From positions 32,001 through 96,000 of the forward strand of contig CAVPVX010000004.1 of assembly GCA_963709345.1 (NCBI GenBank): a stretch of 64,000 bases of DNA, in the 5' to 3' direction. A program made the position numbers and the translations under genes. Below are positions 1 to 9,807 of the stretch, one piece after another. Each line of letters starts with the position of its first letter. Within the stretch, counting starts at the first letter, position 1. The notes under the pieces are model-generated. The model saw nothing but the letters and a program-made list of their open reading frames with translations, did not search any database and was not told where the DNA came from. This stretch comes from an uncultured Actinomycetes bacterium (lineage in GTDB: Bacteria > Actinomycetota > Thermoleophilia > UBA2241).

Positions 1-767
<767 letters not shown>

Positions 768-835
768 GGCCGGGGGGGTAGAATGTGCGGCGGGCGGTCG
801 AAGGTTCGCCCGCTCCACGGACTCGAGGCAACACG

Positions 836-2044
836 ATGAAAGACGACAAGCAGACGCAGGGCAAGCAGATCGGCGACGTGGCGATGAACCTCGACGACGA
901 TGCCGGTTCGGCCGGCATCGTCCGCACCGAGTACGTCACGTTCGACCAGCCCGGCCAGGAGCTCGCGCTCGAGGGCGGCGGCGCACTGGCGCCGTTCACG
1001 CTCGCCTACGAGACGTACGGGACGCTCAGCGAGCGGCGGGACAACGCGATCCTGGTGACCCACGCCCTTTCCGGCGACGCGCACATCGCCGGCAGGCACG
1101 GCGCGACGGACAAGCGCCCCGGCTGGTGGGACATGATGATAGGGCCCGGCAAGGGGCTCGACACCGACAGGTACTTCGTCATCTGCAGTAACGTGATCGG
1201 CGGCTGCGGCGGCAGCACGGGGCCGGCTTCCGTGAACCCCGCCACCGGCGAGCCCTACGGCACCGACTTCCCCATGATCACCATCAAGGACATGGTGAAC
1301 GCCCAGATGCTGCTGCTCGACCATCTCGGCATCCCCAAGCTGCTCGCCGCCGTCGGCGGCTCCATGGGCGGCATGCAGGTGCTGGAGCTGGCGATCTCGC
1401 ATCCCGCCCGCGCCCATCTCTGCGTGCCGCTGGCCACGGCGGCGCGCCAGCCCACCATGGCGATCGCCTTCAACGAGGTCGGCCGCCAGGCGATCATGGC
1501 CGACCCCGACTGGCGCGGGGGCCACTACTACGACGGCGTGCCGCCGGCCAGGGGCCTGAGCGTCGCGCGCATGGTCGGCCATATCACCTACCTCAGCGAC
1601 GCGGCGATGGAGGAGAAGTTCGGCCGCCGGCTGCAGGACATCCACGACTACACGTTCACGTTCTCCGCCGACTTCGAGGTCGAGAGCTATCTGCGGCACC
1701 AGGGTCTCAGCTTCACCGACCGGTTCGATGCGAACACCTACCTCTACATCACGCGTGCGCTCGACTACTTCGACCTGACGCGTGCGCATGGGAGTCTGGT
1801 GCGCGCCTTCCGCGGCGTGGCTGCGCGCTTCCTCGTGCTCGGCTTCAGCAGTGACTGGCTGCATCCGCCGTACCAGCTCAAGGAGATCGTCAGCGCTCTG
1901 CGGACCACGCACAAGCACGTGAGCTACTACGAGGTCGAGAGTCACTACGGCCACGATGCGTTCCTGCTGGAGCGCGAGAAGATGGAGGGCATCGTCGCCG
2001 CGTTCCTCTCCAGCGGTGCCCGGACGTTCGCCCCGCCCGCCTGA
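836..2044 (+). CDS. metX: homoserine O-acetyltransferase
   Basis: HALSGDAH, GWWD, GGSMGGMQ nucleophile motif, FDANTY, YGHDAFL; start taken at ATG 836 after GAGG. Confidence 0.93.
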   Translation: MKDDKQTQGKQIGDVAMNLDDDAGSAGIVRTEYVTFDQPGQELALEGGGALAPFTLAYETYGTLSERRDNAILVTHALSGDAHIAGRHGATDKRPGWWDMMIGPGKGLDTDRYFVICSNVIGGCGGSTGPASVNPATGEPYGTDFPMITIKDMVNAQMLLLDHLGIPKLLAAVGGSMGGMQVLELAISHPARAHLCVPLATAARQPTMAIAFNEVGRQAIMADPDWRGGHYYDGVPPARGLSVARMVGHITYLSDAAMEEKFGRRLQDIHDYTFTFSADFEVESYLRHQGLSFTDRFDANTYLYITRALDYFDLTRAHGSLVRAFRGVAARFLVLGFSSDWLHPPYQLKEIVSALRTTHKHVSYYEVESHYGHDAFLLEREKMEGIVAAFLSSGARTFAPPA

Positions 2045-2640
2045 TGCGCCGCATCGACTACAAAGTCATCGAGGGCCTCGTGCCGGAGGGCGCGACGGTG
2101 CTCGACCTCGCCTGCGGTGACGGCGAACTGCTCGGCGAGCTCATCGCCGAGAGGCGCGTGCGCGGCAGCGGGGTCGAGATCGACCAGGCTGCCGTGCAGG
2201 CCTGCATCGGCAAGGGGCTCTCCGTGTTCCACGGTGACCTCGATGCCGGTCTTGCCGACTTCTCCGACCAGTCTCACGACGTGGTCATTCTGAGCCTCAG
2301 CCTGCAGCAACTCCGGCGACCGCGGATGATCGTCCGCGAGATGGTCCGCGTCGGCCGTCTCGCGATCGTGAGTTTCCCCAACTTCGCGCACTGGGTGCCG
2401 CGCTCCCAGCTCTTCTTCGGCGGGCGCATGCCGGTCTCGCGCGACCTTCCCTATCAGTGGTGGGACACGCCCAATATCCACCTCTGCACCATCAAGGACT
2501 TCCGCGCCCTGTGCCGGGAGGAGGGCCTCTGCATCGAGCGCGAGCTCTATCTGCGCTCGGTCGCCAAGCCCCCGCCGGCTCACCTCGTCGCCCCGGACCT
2601 GCTGGCCCGCATAGCGATCTTCGCCGTCACGCGCTGCTAG
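2044..2640 (+). CDS. metW: methionine biosynthesis protein MetW
   Basis: VLDLACGDG SAM-binding motif, SFPNFAHW, WWDTPNIHLCTIKDF; TGATG overlap with metX. Confidence 0.92.
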   Translation: MRRIDYKVIEGLVPEGATVLDLACGDGELLGELIAERRVRGSGVEIDQAAVQACIGKGLSVFHGDLDAGLADFSDQSHDVVILSLSLQQLRRPRMIVREMVRVGRLAIVSFPNFAHWVPRSQLFFGGRMPVSRDLPYQWWDTPNIHLCTIKDFRALCREEGLCIERELYLRSVAKPPPAHLVAPDLLARIAIFAVTRC

Positions 2641-2820
2641 GCGAAGGCCTTCCGCGCGGGTCGCAGAGACAACCGGCGGCCGGCTTTCGACGTCCGTTCG
2701 GAGCGGGTACACTACGTGTACGTTCTGCGTCTCAGAGACCGGCGCGAGCGGCACAAGGAGCGTCTCACGTCTTCACCGAGCACCGGCGGCGAAGCGCTTC
2801 AAGATCAAAGGAGAAATACA

Positions 2821-3162
2821 GTGCCTCAGGGTAAAGTCAAGTGGTTCTCGACGGAGAAGGCTTTCGGCTTCATCGAGCAGGACAGCGATAACGACATCTT
2901 CGTGCACGTCACCGGTCTCGCCGACGGCGTCACGATGCTCGACAAGGACATGCTCGTGGAGTACGAGGTCGAGCAGGGCCGCAAGGGCCCGCAGGCCGCC
3001 AACGTGAAGCCCGTGGCGGCCGCCGCCCCGGCTGCCGAGGTCGAGGCCGAGGTCGAGGCAGAGGTCGAGGCCGAGGTCGAAGCAGAGGTCGAGGCAGAGG
3101 TCGAAGCAGAGGTCGAGGCAGAGGTCGAGGCAGAGGTCGACGAGGAGCCTGAGGCCGACTGA
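2821..3162 (+). CDS. cold-shock domain protein with acidic C-terminal repeat tail
   Basis: GTG start after AAGGAGA; GKVKWF, RNP1-like KAFGFI, RNP2 IFVH, KGPQAANV; TACACT -10 box at 2708. Confidence 0.9.
   Translation: MPQGKVKWFSTEKAFGFIEQDSDNDIFVHVTGLADGVTMLDKDMLVEYEVEQGRKGPQAANVKPVAAAAPAAEVEAEVEAEVEAEVEAEVEAEVEAEVEAEVEAEVDEEPEAD
3037..3140 (+). repeat. 12-bp tandem repeat GAGGTCGARGCM, 8 full copies plus a partial, encoding (EVEA)8
   Basis: Units counted directly from 3037; synonymous third-position variation. Confidence 0.95.
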
Positions 3163-3179
3163 GGCTCTGAGCTCTCGAA

Positions 3180-3235
3180 CGGGCCGACCGCCGGAGGATC
3201 GCTCGGGATCCGGCGGCCGGCCCGTCTTTCTTTTT
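3180..3235 (+). terminator. intrinsic terminator after csp
   Basis: CGGGCCGACCGCCGGA...TCCGGCGGCCGGCCCG stem followed by TCTTTCTTTTT. Confidence 0.85.
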
Positions 3236-3283
3236 GCGCCGAGCGGGAAAGACGCTCACGGCGGTCCATCGCGGGAGGCGCTC

Positions 3284-3922
3284 ATGCTTGAGAACATCCA
3301 CTGGCTCGGTCACGACTCGTTTCGTCTCGACGGCAGCGTGACCATCTACATCGATCCCTGGAAGCTGCCCGCCGGCCCTTCCCCCGCCGGCCTCATACTC
3401 GTCACCCACGATCACTACGATCACTTCAGCTTGCCCGACATCGAGGCACTGGCGGGTCCGGACACCGTGGTCGCCGGTCCGCCTTCGGTGACCGGCCGCA
3501 TGCAGAGCCGCGCGACGGTCACGCTTGGTCCGGGCGACAGGGCCGAGATCGCCGGCGTCGACGTCGAGGCGGTGGCTGCGTACAACATCGACAAGTTCCG
3601 GGCGCCGGGGGAGCCGTTCCATCCACGTGAGACGGGAGGGCTCGGCTACGTGGTGATGCTCGACGGCGCAAGGTACTATCACGCGGGAGACACCGACCTC
3701 GTTCCTGAGATGGCCGGCGTATGCTGCGACGTCGCGCTGTTGCCCGTGGGCGGCACCTACACGATGACCGCCGAGGAGGCCGCCGCAGCGTGTGAGGTCA
3801 TCCAGGCGGCGGCCGCGGTGCCCATGCACTACGGCGGAATCGTCGGCGGCGTCGCCGATGCTGAGCGCTTTCGCGACCTGTGCAGCATCCCGGTCACCAT
3901 CCTGACGCCGGAGCATGGGTGA
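3284..3922 (+). CDS. MBL-fold metallo-hydrolase (UPF0173-like)
   Basis: WLGHDSF, THDHYDH, YHAGDT, LLPVGG, PMHY motifs. Confidence 0.88.
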   Translation: MLENIHWLGHDSFRLDGSVTIYIDPWKLPAGPSPAGLILVTHDHYDHFSLPDIEALAGPDTVVAGPPSVTGRMQSRATVTLGPGDRAEIAGVDVEAVAAYNIDKFRAPGEPFHPRETGGLGYVVMLDGARYYHAGDTDLVPEMAGVCCDVALLPVGGTYTMTAEEAAAACEVIQAAAAVPMHYGGIVGGVADAERFRDLCSIPVTILTPEHG

Positions 3923-3992
3923 CCCGGCCGCCGACAGGCCACCGCGCGCAGCGCATGGAGCACGGGCGTCGACTGACGCCGGGGAGGGGTAG

Positions 3993-4337
3993 ATGAAGGT
4001 CGTACGCGCCGTACCCACTGAGAGCATCTCCGAGCAGTTGAGCGTGCAGCGTCTCAGCGAAGCGCTCGGGGTTCAGCACCTGCGAGCCAACGTGTTCACG
4101 CTGGCCGAGGGTTCGATGTCGAAGCACATGCACAGGGAGCAAGAAGAGGTGTATCTCGTGCTCGACGGCACGGCGCTGATCGATGTCGACGGCGAGCAAC
4201 TCAAGGTCGGCGAGCGTGAGGCCCTGGCCGTGCCTGCTGGAGCCTGGCACAGGGTGGCCAACGCCGGCCGCGGGCCGCTCACGTTCTACGTCGTCGCCGC
4301 GCCGCCCTTGAGCGACGACGTCGAGTTCATGGGGTGA
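3993..4337 (+). CDS. cupin domain protein
   Basis: HMHREQEEVYLVLDG and VPAGAWH cupin motifs; RBS GGAGGGG. Confidence 0.85.
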   Translation: MKVVRAVPTESISEQLSVQRLSEALGVQHLRANVFTLAEGSMSKHMHREQEEVYLVLDGTALIDVDGEQLKVGEREALAVPAGAWHRVANAGRGPLTFYVVAAPPLSDDVEFMG

Positions 4338-4460
4338 TGCGAAGGGTGGTCATTCTCCGGTACGCGTTCGCAAGGGCAGGGCGCGAACGAGCCTCAAGTC
4401 GTCCCGCGACGGTCTCTCGGCGACAGTCGGCCGCCGCTCACCCACACGAGGGAGACACAG

Positions 4461-4910
4461 ATGCTGAAGGAAGGCCAGAAGGCTCCGGCCGTGACCGGGA
4501 CGTCGTACGACGGAGCGACCTTCGATCTCGGGGCGCCGGGCAGGCGCACCGTCCTCTTCTTCTACCCGAAAGCCGCGACCGGGGGCTGAACGACCGAAGC
4601 CGTTGAGTTCAACGGCCTGCTGGACGAGTTCGCCGTTCTCGACATACAGGTGGTGGGGGCCAGCGTCGACAAGCCTGCCGCGAACGAGCGCTGGGCAGCC
4701 AAGCACGACCTCAGGATGCCGCTGATCAGCGATCCCGGCGAGCACATGTTCTCGAGCGCCTTCGGTGTGGCGCGGCCACTCGTCGGCGTGGCCAAACGTA
4801 CGACGTGGCTCATCGATCCCGACGGGACGCTGCGCAGGGTCTATCCCAAGGTGACGCCCAAGGGTCACGCCGCCCAGGTCCTCGCCGATTGCAGGCAGAT
4901 CTGGGGCTAG
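4461..4910 (+). CDS. bcp: Bcp/PrxQ-family peroxiredoxin, probable selenoprotein (TGA=Sec43)
   Basis: MLKEGQKAP...VLFFYPKAATGG[TGA]TTEAVEF...GASVD...LISD...KRTTWLIDPDG; in-frame TGA at 4587-4589 replaces the peroxidatic Cys of FYPKxxTPGCT. Confidence 0.88.
4599..4616 (+). promoter_or_regulatory. putative bacterial SECIS hairpin
   Basis: GCCGTTG-AGTT-CAACGGC perfect stem; 16 nt between the UGA and the loop; G in second loop position. Confidence 0.75.
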
Positions 4911-4916
4911 GCCGCC

Positions 4917-5918
4917 CTACTCATCGGCGGAGTCGTCGCGCGGGCCGAGGTAGGCCGGCGCGTCGATCATGAAGATGCGGCTGGACCAGCTGGCGCCGGC
5001 CGGGGTCGCCCTCTCGGCGTCGTCGATCGCGGCTATGCGGGCGGTCATGTCGTCGCAGTAGTGGACGATGATGGCCTCGCGCGTCTGTGGGACCACCGGA
5101 CTCCCCTTCTCGCGCATGCCGTGGTGCGCGACGATGATGTGGCGCAGGCGCAGCGCCACCTCGGCCGGGAAGTCCGGCGTCTCGTCAATGAGGTCGCGCA
5201 CCATGTCGTGGCCCATGACGATCTCGCCGTGCAGGCGCCCGACGTCGGTCATCTGCGGGGCCATGCCGCTGCTGGTGTAGGCCTGCGTCTTGCCGATGTC
5301 GTGGAGGAGGCCGCCGGCGACCACGATGTCGCGGTCGACGGAGTCGAATCGCGACGCGACTCCGGCGGCGGCCTCGGCGACGATCAGCGAGTGCTCCAGC
5401 AGACCGTGGCGGTACGCGTGATGGTTGCGCACCGCGGCCGGGGCCACCGCGAAGGTCGCCCCGGGCTCCCGGGAGCCGTCAAACGCGCGCTCGAGCAGCG
5501 CGCGGAGGTGCGGCTCGTCCACGGAGTCGATGAGCGCGTGCAGGAGCTCGGCCAGCTCTGCAGTGCCGATCGGCGACACGGGCACGAGGTCGCCGGCGTC
5601 GTACTCGTCGGGCTCCGCGGGCCGCAGCCGGCGGACCTGCACCTGGGCGCCGTACTGGGGATGCACGCTGTACGTGCCTCCGACGACGACGACGTCGCCG
5701 GTGGAGATGCCGAGCGCTTCGTCTGACGGGTCGAAGTGGATGGCGGCGACTTCGCCGCTCGCGTCGCGCAGCTTGAGCCGCAGGTAGGCTTTGCCGTTGC
5801 GATCGGTCGCGGCGGTCATCTCTGAGCAGGCGTACGCACCGGCGACGGCTTGTCCGCTCTCGAGCTCGGCGATGGGGATTCGGGCGGCGGCGCCCGGCAG
5901 GCTCGTCTGTTCGGTCAT
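4917..5918 (-). CDS. yhaM: OB-fold + HD-domain 3'-5' exoribonuclease (YhaM/Cbf1 family)
   Basis: GKAYLRLKLRDASG OB fold; HHAYRHGLLEHS, LLHDIGK, HHG..KGSPVVP; start at 5918 after AAGGAGA. Confidence 0.85.
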   Translation of the reverse strand: MTEQTSLPGAAARIPIAELESGQAVAGAYACSEMTAATDRNGKAYLRLKLRDASGEVAAIHFDPSDEALGISTGDVVVVGGTYSVHPQYGAQVQVRRLRPAEPDEYDAGDLVPVSPIGTAELAELLHALIDSVDEPHLRALLERAFDGSREPGATFAVAPAAVRNHHAYRHGLLEHSLIVAEAAAGVASRFDSVDRDIVVAGGLLHDIGKTQAYTSSGMAPQMTDVGRLHGEIVMGHDMVRDLIDETPDFPAEVALRLRHIIVAHHGMREKGSPVVPQTREAIIVHYCDDMTARIAAIDDAERATPAGASWSSRIFMIDAPAYLGPRDDSADE

Positions 5919-6007
5919 GGGTCTCTCCTTGGTCCGGGACAGGGTACCAGACGCCCCGGACGAGGAGCGACGCGCGGCCGGTTCACATTGACGGGAGGCG
6001 GTCGTGC

Positions 6008-6627
6008 TCAGGCGTCGTCGGCGGGCTTCCCCGCGGGCGGCGACTCCTTGGCGGCGGGTTTCTTCGCGGCCGGCTTGCGAGCAGCGGCAGGCTTCTTGGC
6101 GGCGGGCTTCTTCCCGGCCGCCTTCGCTCCGGCCGCGGCTTCTTGGCGGCACCCGGCTTCTTGGCGGCAGCCGGCTTCTCTCCCACGGCCTTCGCTCCGG
6201 CGAGCTCCTCGTTCACGGCTGGAGCCTCCTCTGCGGCTTTCTCCGCCGGTGCTTCCTCGGTGCCGGGCTTCGTCGTCGGCGCCTCCACGGTGGCCTCGAC
6301 CACGACCGCGACTGGCGCGGGCGCCTCGTCCGGGGGTGTCTCGGCGGCCGGCGGCTGGGGGCCGCGCAGCTTCGCGATCTCGGCCTCCTTCTCACCGACC
6401 TCGGCCAGCGCCGCGCGGAGTCTCGCGAGGACATCGGCCAGGTCGGGATGCGCGAGCTCGCCCCGGTCCATCAGCGCGAACGCCGCGTGGCCCAGGTCGC
6501 GCTCGGCTCTCCGCACGTCGTTCTGTAGCACCACGAGTCGAGTCTGCGCGGCAGTCACCTTGCCGGCGCGACCGGCGTCGCCGGCGAGCACGCCGGCCTT
6601 CTGCTTCACTGTATCGAAGAATCCCAT
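6008..6627 (-). CDS. hypothetical coiled-coil protein with Ala/Lys/Pro-rich (histone H1-like) tail; frameshift near 6137
   Basis: MGFFDTVKQKA start with AAGGAGG RBS; KKPAA repeats continue in another frame to TGA at 6008-6010. Confidence 0.7.
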
Positions 6628-6675
6628 GTCGCCCTCCTTGATCGCCGCCGCCTTGCCGGCGGGCGCCGCCTTGCA

Positions 6676-7860
6676 TCAGTCTCTCGCCTGGGCGACCTCG
6701 CGTCCAGTCCCGGACGTACCGCCGCCCCTCCGCCTCCACCGGCTCGTCGACAGCGCGAGCAGAAGGCACGCGGATACGGCGATGACCAGGAGGAAGGGTA
6801 GAGGATACGAAGCGCGATAGAGAAGACCTCCAAGTATCGCGCCTCCGGCCATCGGGATGCCCATCACGGTGTCGAAGATGGCGTAGCCCCAGGCGAGCGG
6901 CATGCCTTCGAAGGAATCCCCGACGATTCCCGCCGCCACGAAGCGCAGGGATTCGAAGGCTCCACAGAACAGCATGGCGATGCCCCAGACGATGGGGTTC
7001 CATCCCGCCAGCAGAAGTACCGTGCCGGCAAGCAGGAAGAGAAGTACGCCCCCGATGCCCGTCCGCGGCCCGTGCCTGTCCGTGATGCGGCCCATGACGG
7101 GTGTGAGAATGGTCGCGCCCAGGGCCGCGAGCGCCGAGTAGACCCCGAGGGCCGCATACCCCTGGCCATGTACCTGTGAGAGGTAGGGATTGAGAAAGGC
7201 CTGGCCGACGTACACGGCGAGGAACCCCGCGACGAAGAACGCGAGGTAGCGGCGGAAGCGCCGGTTGCGCCGGAGGGCGGCAAGGCTGAGCGGGGCGTTC
7301 GCGCCATGGTAGGGCGTGTCGCGGATCAGGCTCACGACGGATGACGAGACGACGTACATGACCAGTGACAGAAGGAAGACGCTGCGCATGCCGTACCGAT
7401 CGGCGAGAAGCCCACCGGCGAGCGGCGCGACGATCAGGCCGAGGGGGTACGCGCCGAAGATGATCGTGAGGTTGCCGGCCACGCGAGCCGGTTCGGACTT
7501 GAGGTAGACGTACGCCTTGATGGCGGGGTTGTTCGCCATGTACACGCCCGAGATGAGGAGGCCGGGGATGAGCCACGGCCAGCTCGGCGCCAGCAGGAAG
7601 CAGAGGGCGGCCGGCACCGTGAGCCACCAGGTGGCGACGATGACCGGCTTCAGCCGGAAGCGCCGGGCGGCCCAGGCGCCGGGCATGTTCACGAGCGCCG
7701 TCGTTGCCAGCATGACGGCGCTGAGGACGCCGAGTGTGCCTCGCGGCGCGCCCAGGTCGAGTGCGTAGACGAAGAGTAGCGGCATGTACATGCCGAGGCC
7801 GAGGCCGAAGACGAGGGCGGCGATGAACATCAGCTTCATGTCGCGGTCGAGGTGCTGCAT
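6676..7860 (-). CDS. MFS transporter
   Basis: About 12 hydrophobic segments; GGLLADRYGMR and GRITDRHGPR motifs. Confidence 0.88.
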   Translation of the reverse strand: MQHLDRDMKLMFIAALVFGLGLGMYMPLLFVYALDLGAPRGTLGVLSAVMLATTALVNMPGAWAARRFRLKPVIVATWWLTVPAALCFLLAPSWPWLIPGLLISGVYMANNPAIKAYVYLKSEPARVAGNLTIIFGAYPLGLIVAPLAGGLLADRYGMRSVFLLSLVMYVVSSSVVSLIRDTPYHGANAPLSLAALRRNRRFRRYLAFFVAGFLAVYVGQAFLNPYLSQVHGQGYAALGVYSALAALGATILTPVMGRITDRHGPRTGIGGVLLFLLAGTVLLLAGWNPIVWGIAMLFCGAFESLRFVAAGIVGDSFEGMPLAWGYAIFDTVMGIPMAGGAILGGLLYRASYPLPFLLVIAVSACLLLALSTSRWRRRGGGTSGTGREVAQARD

Positions 7861-8140
7861 GCCGGCGCCGACCCCTCGGTGAGATTCTCTCGGGCGGCCC
7901 GGATTCTACGCGGAGATGGGGCACGGGGCATCCGCGGTCGGCCCCGCTCCCTTCGCGGACGCCGAGGAGGACGCCGCCCCACAGGTGAACGACGCGGCCG
8001 GACTCCTCCCCGGCCGTACTGCCTCCGGGCGCGACCCGCGACCCGCCGTGGTTGAGAACCGCCCCGGGTTGCGCCAAGCTGGCAGGGACCCGGCTTGGAC
8101 GGCTTGCGCCGGCGACCGGTCCTTCAGATGTGAGGAGACG

Positions 8141-8941
8141 ATGATGCAGCTCGGCGGCATGGCTTTGAGAGACGGCGTGCTTCTGCAGAGTGACGGGTTC
8201 TGGGCGGCTGCGGTGCGGCAGCCGGACGGCAGTGTGAAGGTCGTCTCGGGCGCGAAGCGCCGGATGCCGGCTCGCGAGGCTTTGCAGCGGCTGCCCGTCG
8301 TCCGTGGCCTGGCCCGTCTCGGTGAGGCGCTGGCGGTCCTGCCGGCCGTGCGCCGGGAGACAGGCGGCCCCGTGCTGCCGCAGGAGGATCCACGGCTCTT
8401 GGCCGCGACCGCCGTCAGTGCCGCCGCCACCGTCGCGCTGCGTACCGTCAGGGGCGGTTCGCCGGTGCTCAAGGAACTCGCTGCCGTGGGCATCGGTCTG
8501 GCGCCGGTCCTTCTGGCCATGCGCGATTCGCGCCTGGCCAGGTACCACGGCGCGGAGCACAAGAGCGTCGCCGCGTACGAAGGGGGTCTGGAGCCGGCTG
8601 CCGCCGGCAAGGAGCACGCCCGCTGCGGCTCCAACCTCATCGCGCCGATGGTCGTCACCAGCGTCGCCACCAATCTGGTGCTGCGCGCCGCCGGCAAGGA
8701 GCGAGCCCCCGTAGCCACGTTCGTCGCCGGGCTCGTGAGCATCGGAACGGCGATGGAGCTCTTCTCGTGGATGGCGCGCCACCAGGACCACCCCCTGGCG
8801 CGTGTCCTTCGCCGGCCCGGCGTCGAGCTGCAGCGCCAGTTCACGACCAGTGAGCCGTCGGCGGAGCAGCTCGACGTGGCAGATCTGGCGTTGCAGGAGT
8901 TGCTACGGCTCGAGGACGGGGCTTCGGCCGCCGGCGCCTGA
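8141..8941 (+). CDS. DUF1385 (YqhQ-like) membrane protein
   Basis: LGGMALRDGV, YHGAEHK, HARCGSNL, LQ..FTTSEP; RBS GAGGAG. Confidence 0.85.
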   Translation: MMQLGGMALRDGVLLQSDGFWAAAVRQPDGSVKVVSGAKRRMPAREALQRLPVVRGLARLGEALAVLPAVRRETGGPVLPQEDPRLLAATAVSAAATVALRTVRGGSPVLKELAAVGIGLAPVLLAMRDSRLARYHGAEHKSVAAYEGGLEPAAAGKEHARCGSNLIAPMVVTSVATNLVLRAAGKERAPVATFVAGLVSIGTAMELFSWMARHQDHPLARVLRRPGVELQRQFTTSEPSAEQLDVADLALQELLRLEDGASAAGA

Positions 8942-8969
8942 TGCCGGCGGGCCGGGTCCGAGGCGTCGC

Positions 8970-9449
8970 TCAGTCGGAGGGCTCGCGTTCGGCGAGCCGC
9001 TTGCGGCGCCGCTCCCGGGCTTCGTCGAACCAGTGGCGCTGTTGGTCGGTCTCCGGCGTCAGTTGCGGCACGGGGATGGGTCTGCCGCTGTCGCTCAGCG
9101 CCACGAACACAAGGTAGGCGGAGTTCGTGTGCGTGGCCATCCCGGTGGTGAGATCCTCCGCTTCGACGCGCACGCCGACCTCGACGGACCTGGTGCCGGT
9201 GTAGTTGACGTTGGCCATGAGTCGCACGAGGTTGCCCACGCGCACCGGATGGTGGAAGTCGATGCGGTCGATGGCCGCCGTAACGACCCGGGTGCGGCAG
9301 AAGCGGAAGGCGCAGGCGCCGGCGGCCTCGTCGATGAGCTTCATCATGATCCCGCCGTGGATGTTGCCCATGAAGTTGGCGTCGGCGGGCTGCATCAGGT
9401 GGGTGAGCATGAGACTGGTCTCGCTGCCGCGCGGCAGTGGTTCGTTCAT
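8970..9449 (-). CDS. acyl-CoA thioesterase (HotDog fold)
   Basis: DANFMGNIHGG..MKLIDEAA, SVEVGVRV, YLVFVAL. Confidence 0.9.
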   Translation of the reverse strand: MNEPLPRGSETSLMLTHLMQPADANFMGNIHGGIMMKLIDEAAGACAFRFCRTRVVTAAIDRIDFHHPVRVGNLVRLMANVNYTGTRSVEVGVRVEAEDLTTGMATHTNSAYLVFVALSDSGRPIPVPQLTPETDQQRHWFDEARERRRKRLAEREPSD

Positions 9450-9473
9450 GGGGTCACCTGGCGAGTAGGAAGG

Positions 9474-9671
9474 TCAGATGTCGAGAGCGCCGGGTGAGCG
9501 CCGACGACGGCGGTCGCGGGTGCTGCGCTCGCCGCCACCCTTGCGCTCGGTGCGACGCTCGCCGTGACGGCGGTCCAGGATGACCTTGACGTTCGGATTG
9601 TCCCGGTAGTGCTCAACGAGCCGGCGAAACGCCTCTTCACCGAGCTCCGGTGGTACGACGCAGTAGATCAC
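9474..9671 (-). CDS. small hypothetical protein (65 aa) with DRR/ERR arginine motifs
   Basis: GTG start after GGGAG; MIYCVVPPELGEEAFRRLVEHYRDNPNVKVILDRRHGERRTERK...RDRRRRR; own extended -10 TGCTACCGT upstream. Confidence 0.7.
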   Translation of the reverse strand: MIYCVVPPELGEEAFRRLVEHYRDNPNVKVILDRRHGERRTERKGGGERSTRDRRRRRSPGALDI

Positions 9672-9745
9672 GGCGGTCTCCCGGTTGCCCGCGGCCAACG
9701 GTAGCACATGCCCGAGACCCCGACCACTGCTCGGGAGAGGTGGAT

Positions 9746-9801
9746 GGAAAGGGCCGGAGCCGACCGTTTCGTCAGCTCCGGCCCTCTGAAGGGGGTACCG
9801 C
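9746..9801 (-). ncRNA. candidate sigma28-dependent small RNA
   Basis: Lies between a sigma28-type promoter (9808-9835) and a 15-bp hairpin plus UUUCC (9746-9785); no start codon inside; C-rich 5' segment GGUACCCCCUUC. Confidence 0.5.
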
Positions 9802-9807
9802 TAAGGA

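Noticed and set aside
768-835. SAM riboswitch or T-box between metY and metX
   Set aside because: Too short; only a possible internal -10 (TAGAAT at 779) is visible, and the operon leader lies outside the window.
3037-3140. Repeat array considered as CRISPR
   Set aside because: Contiguous in-frame 12-bp coding units with no spacers and no cas genes.
7861-8140. 280-nt GC-rich intergenic region, possible ncRNA or N-terminal extension of DUF1385
   Set aside because: Only generic GC hairpins; a strong RBS at 8132-8137 supports the later start; no recognisable RNA family.
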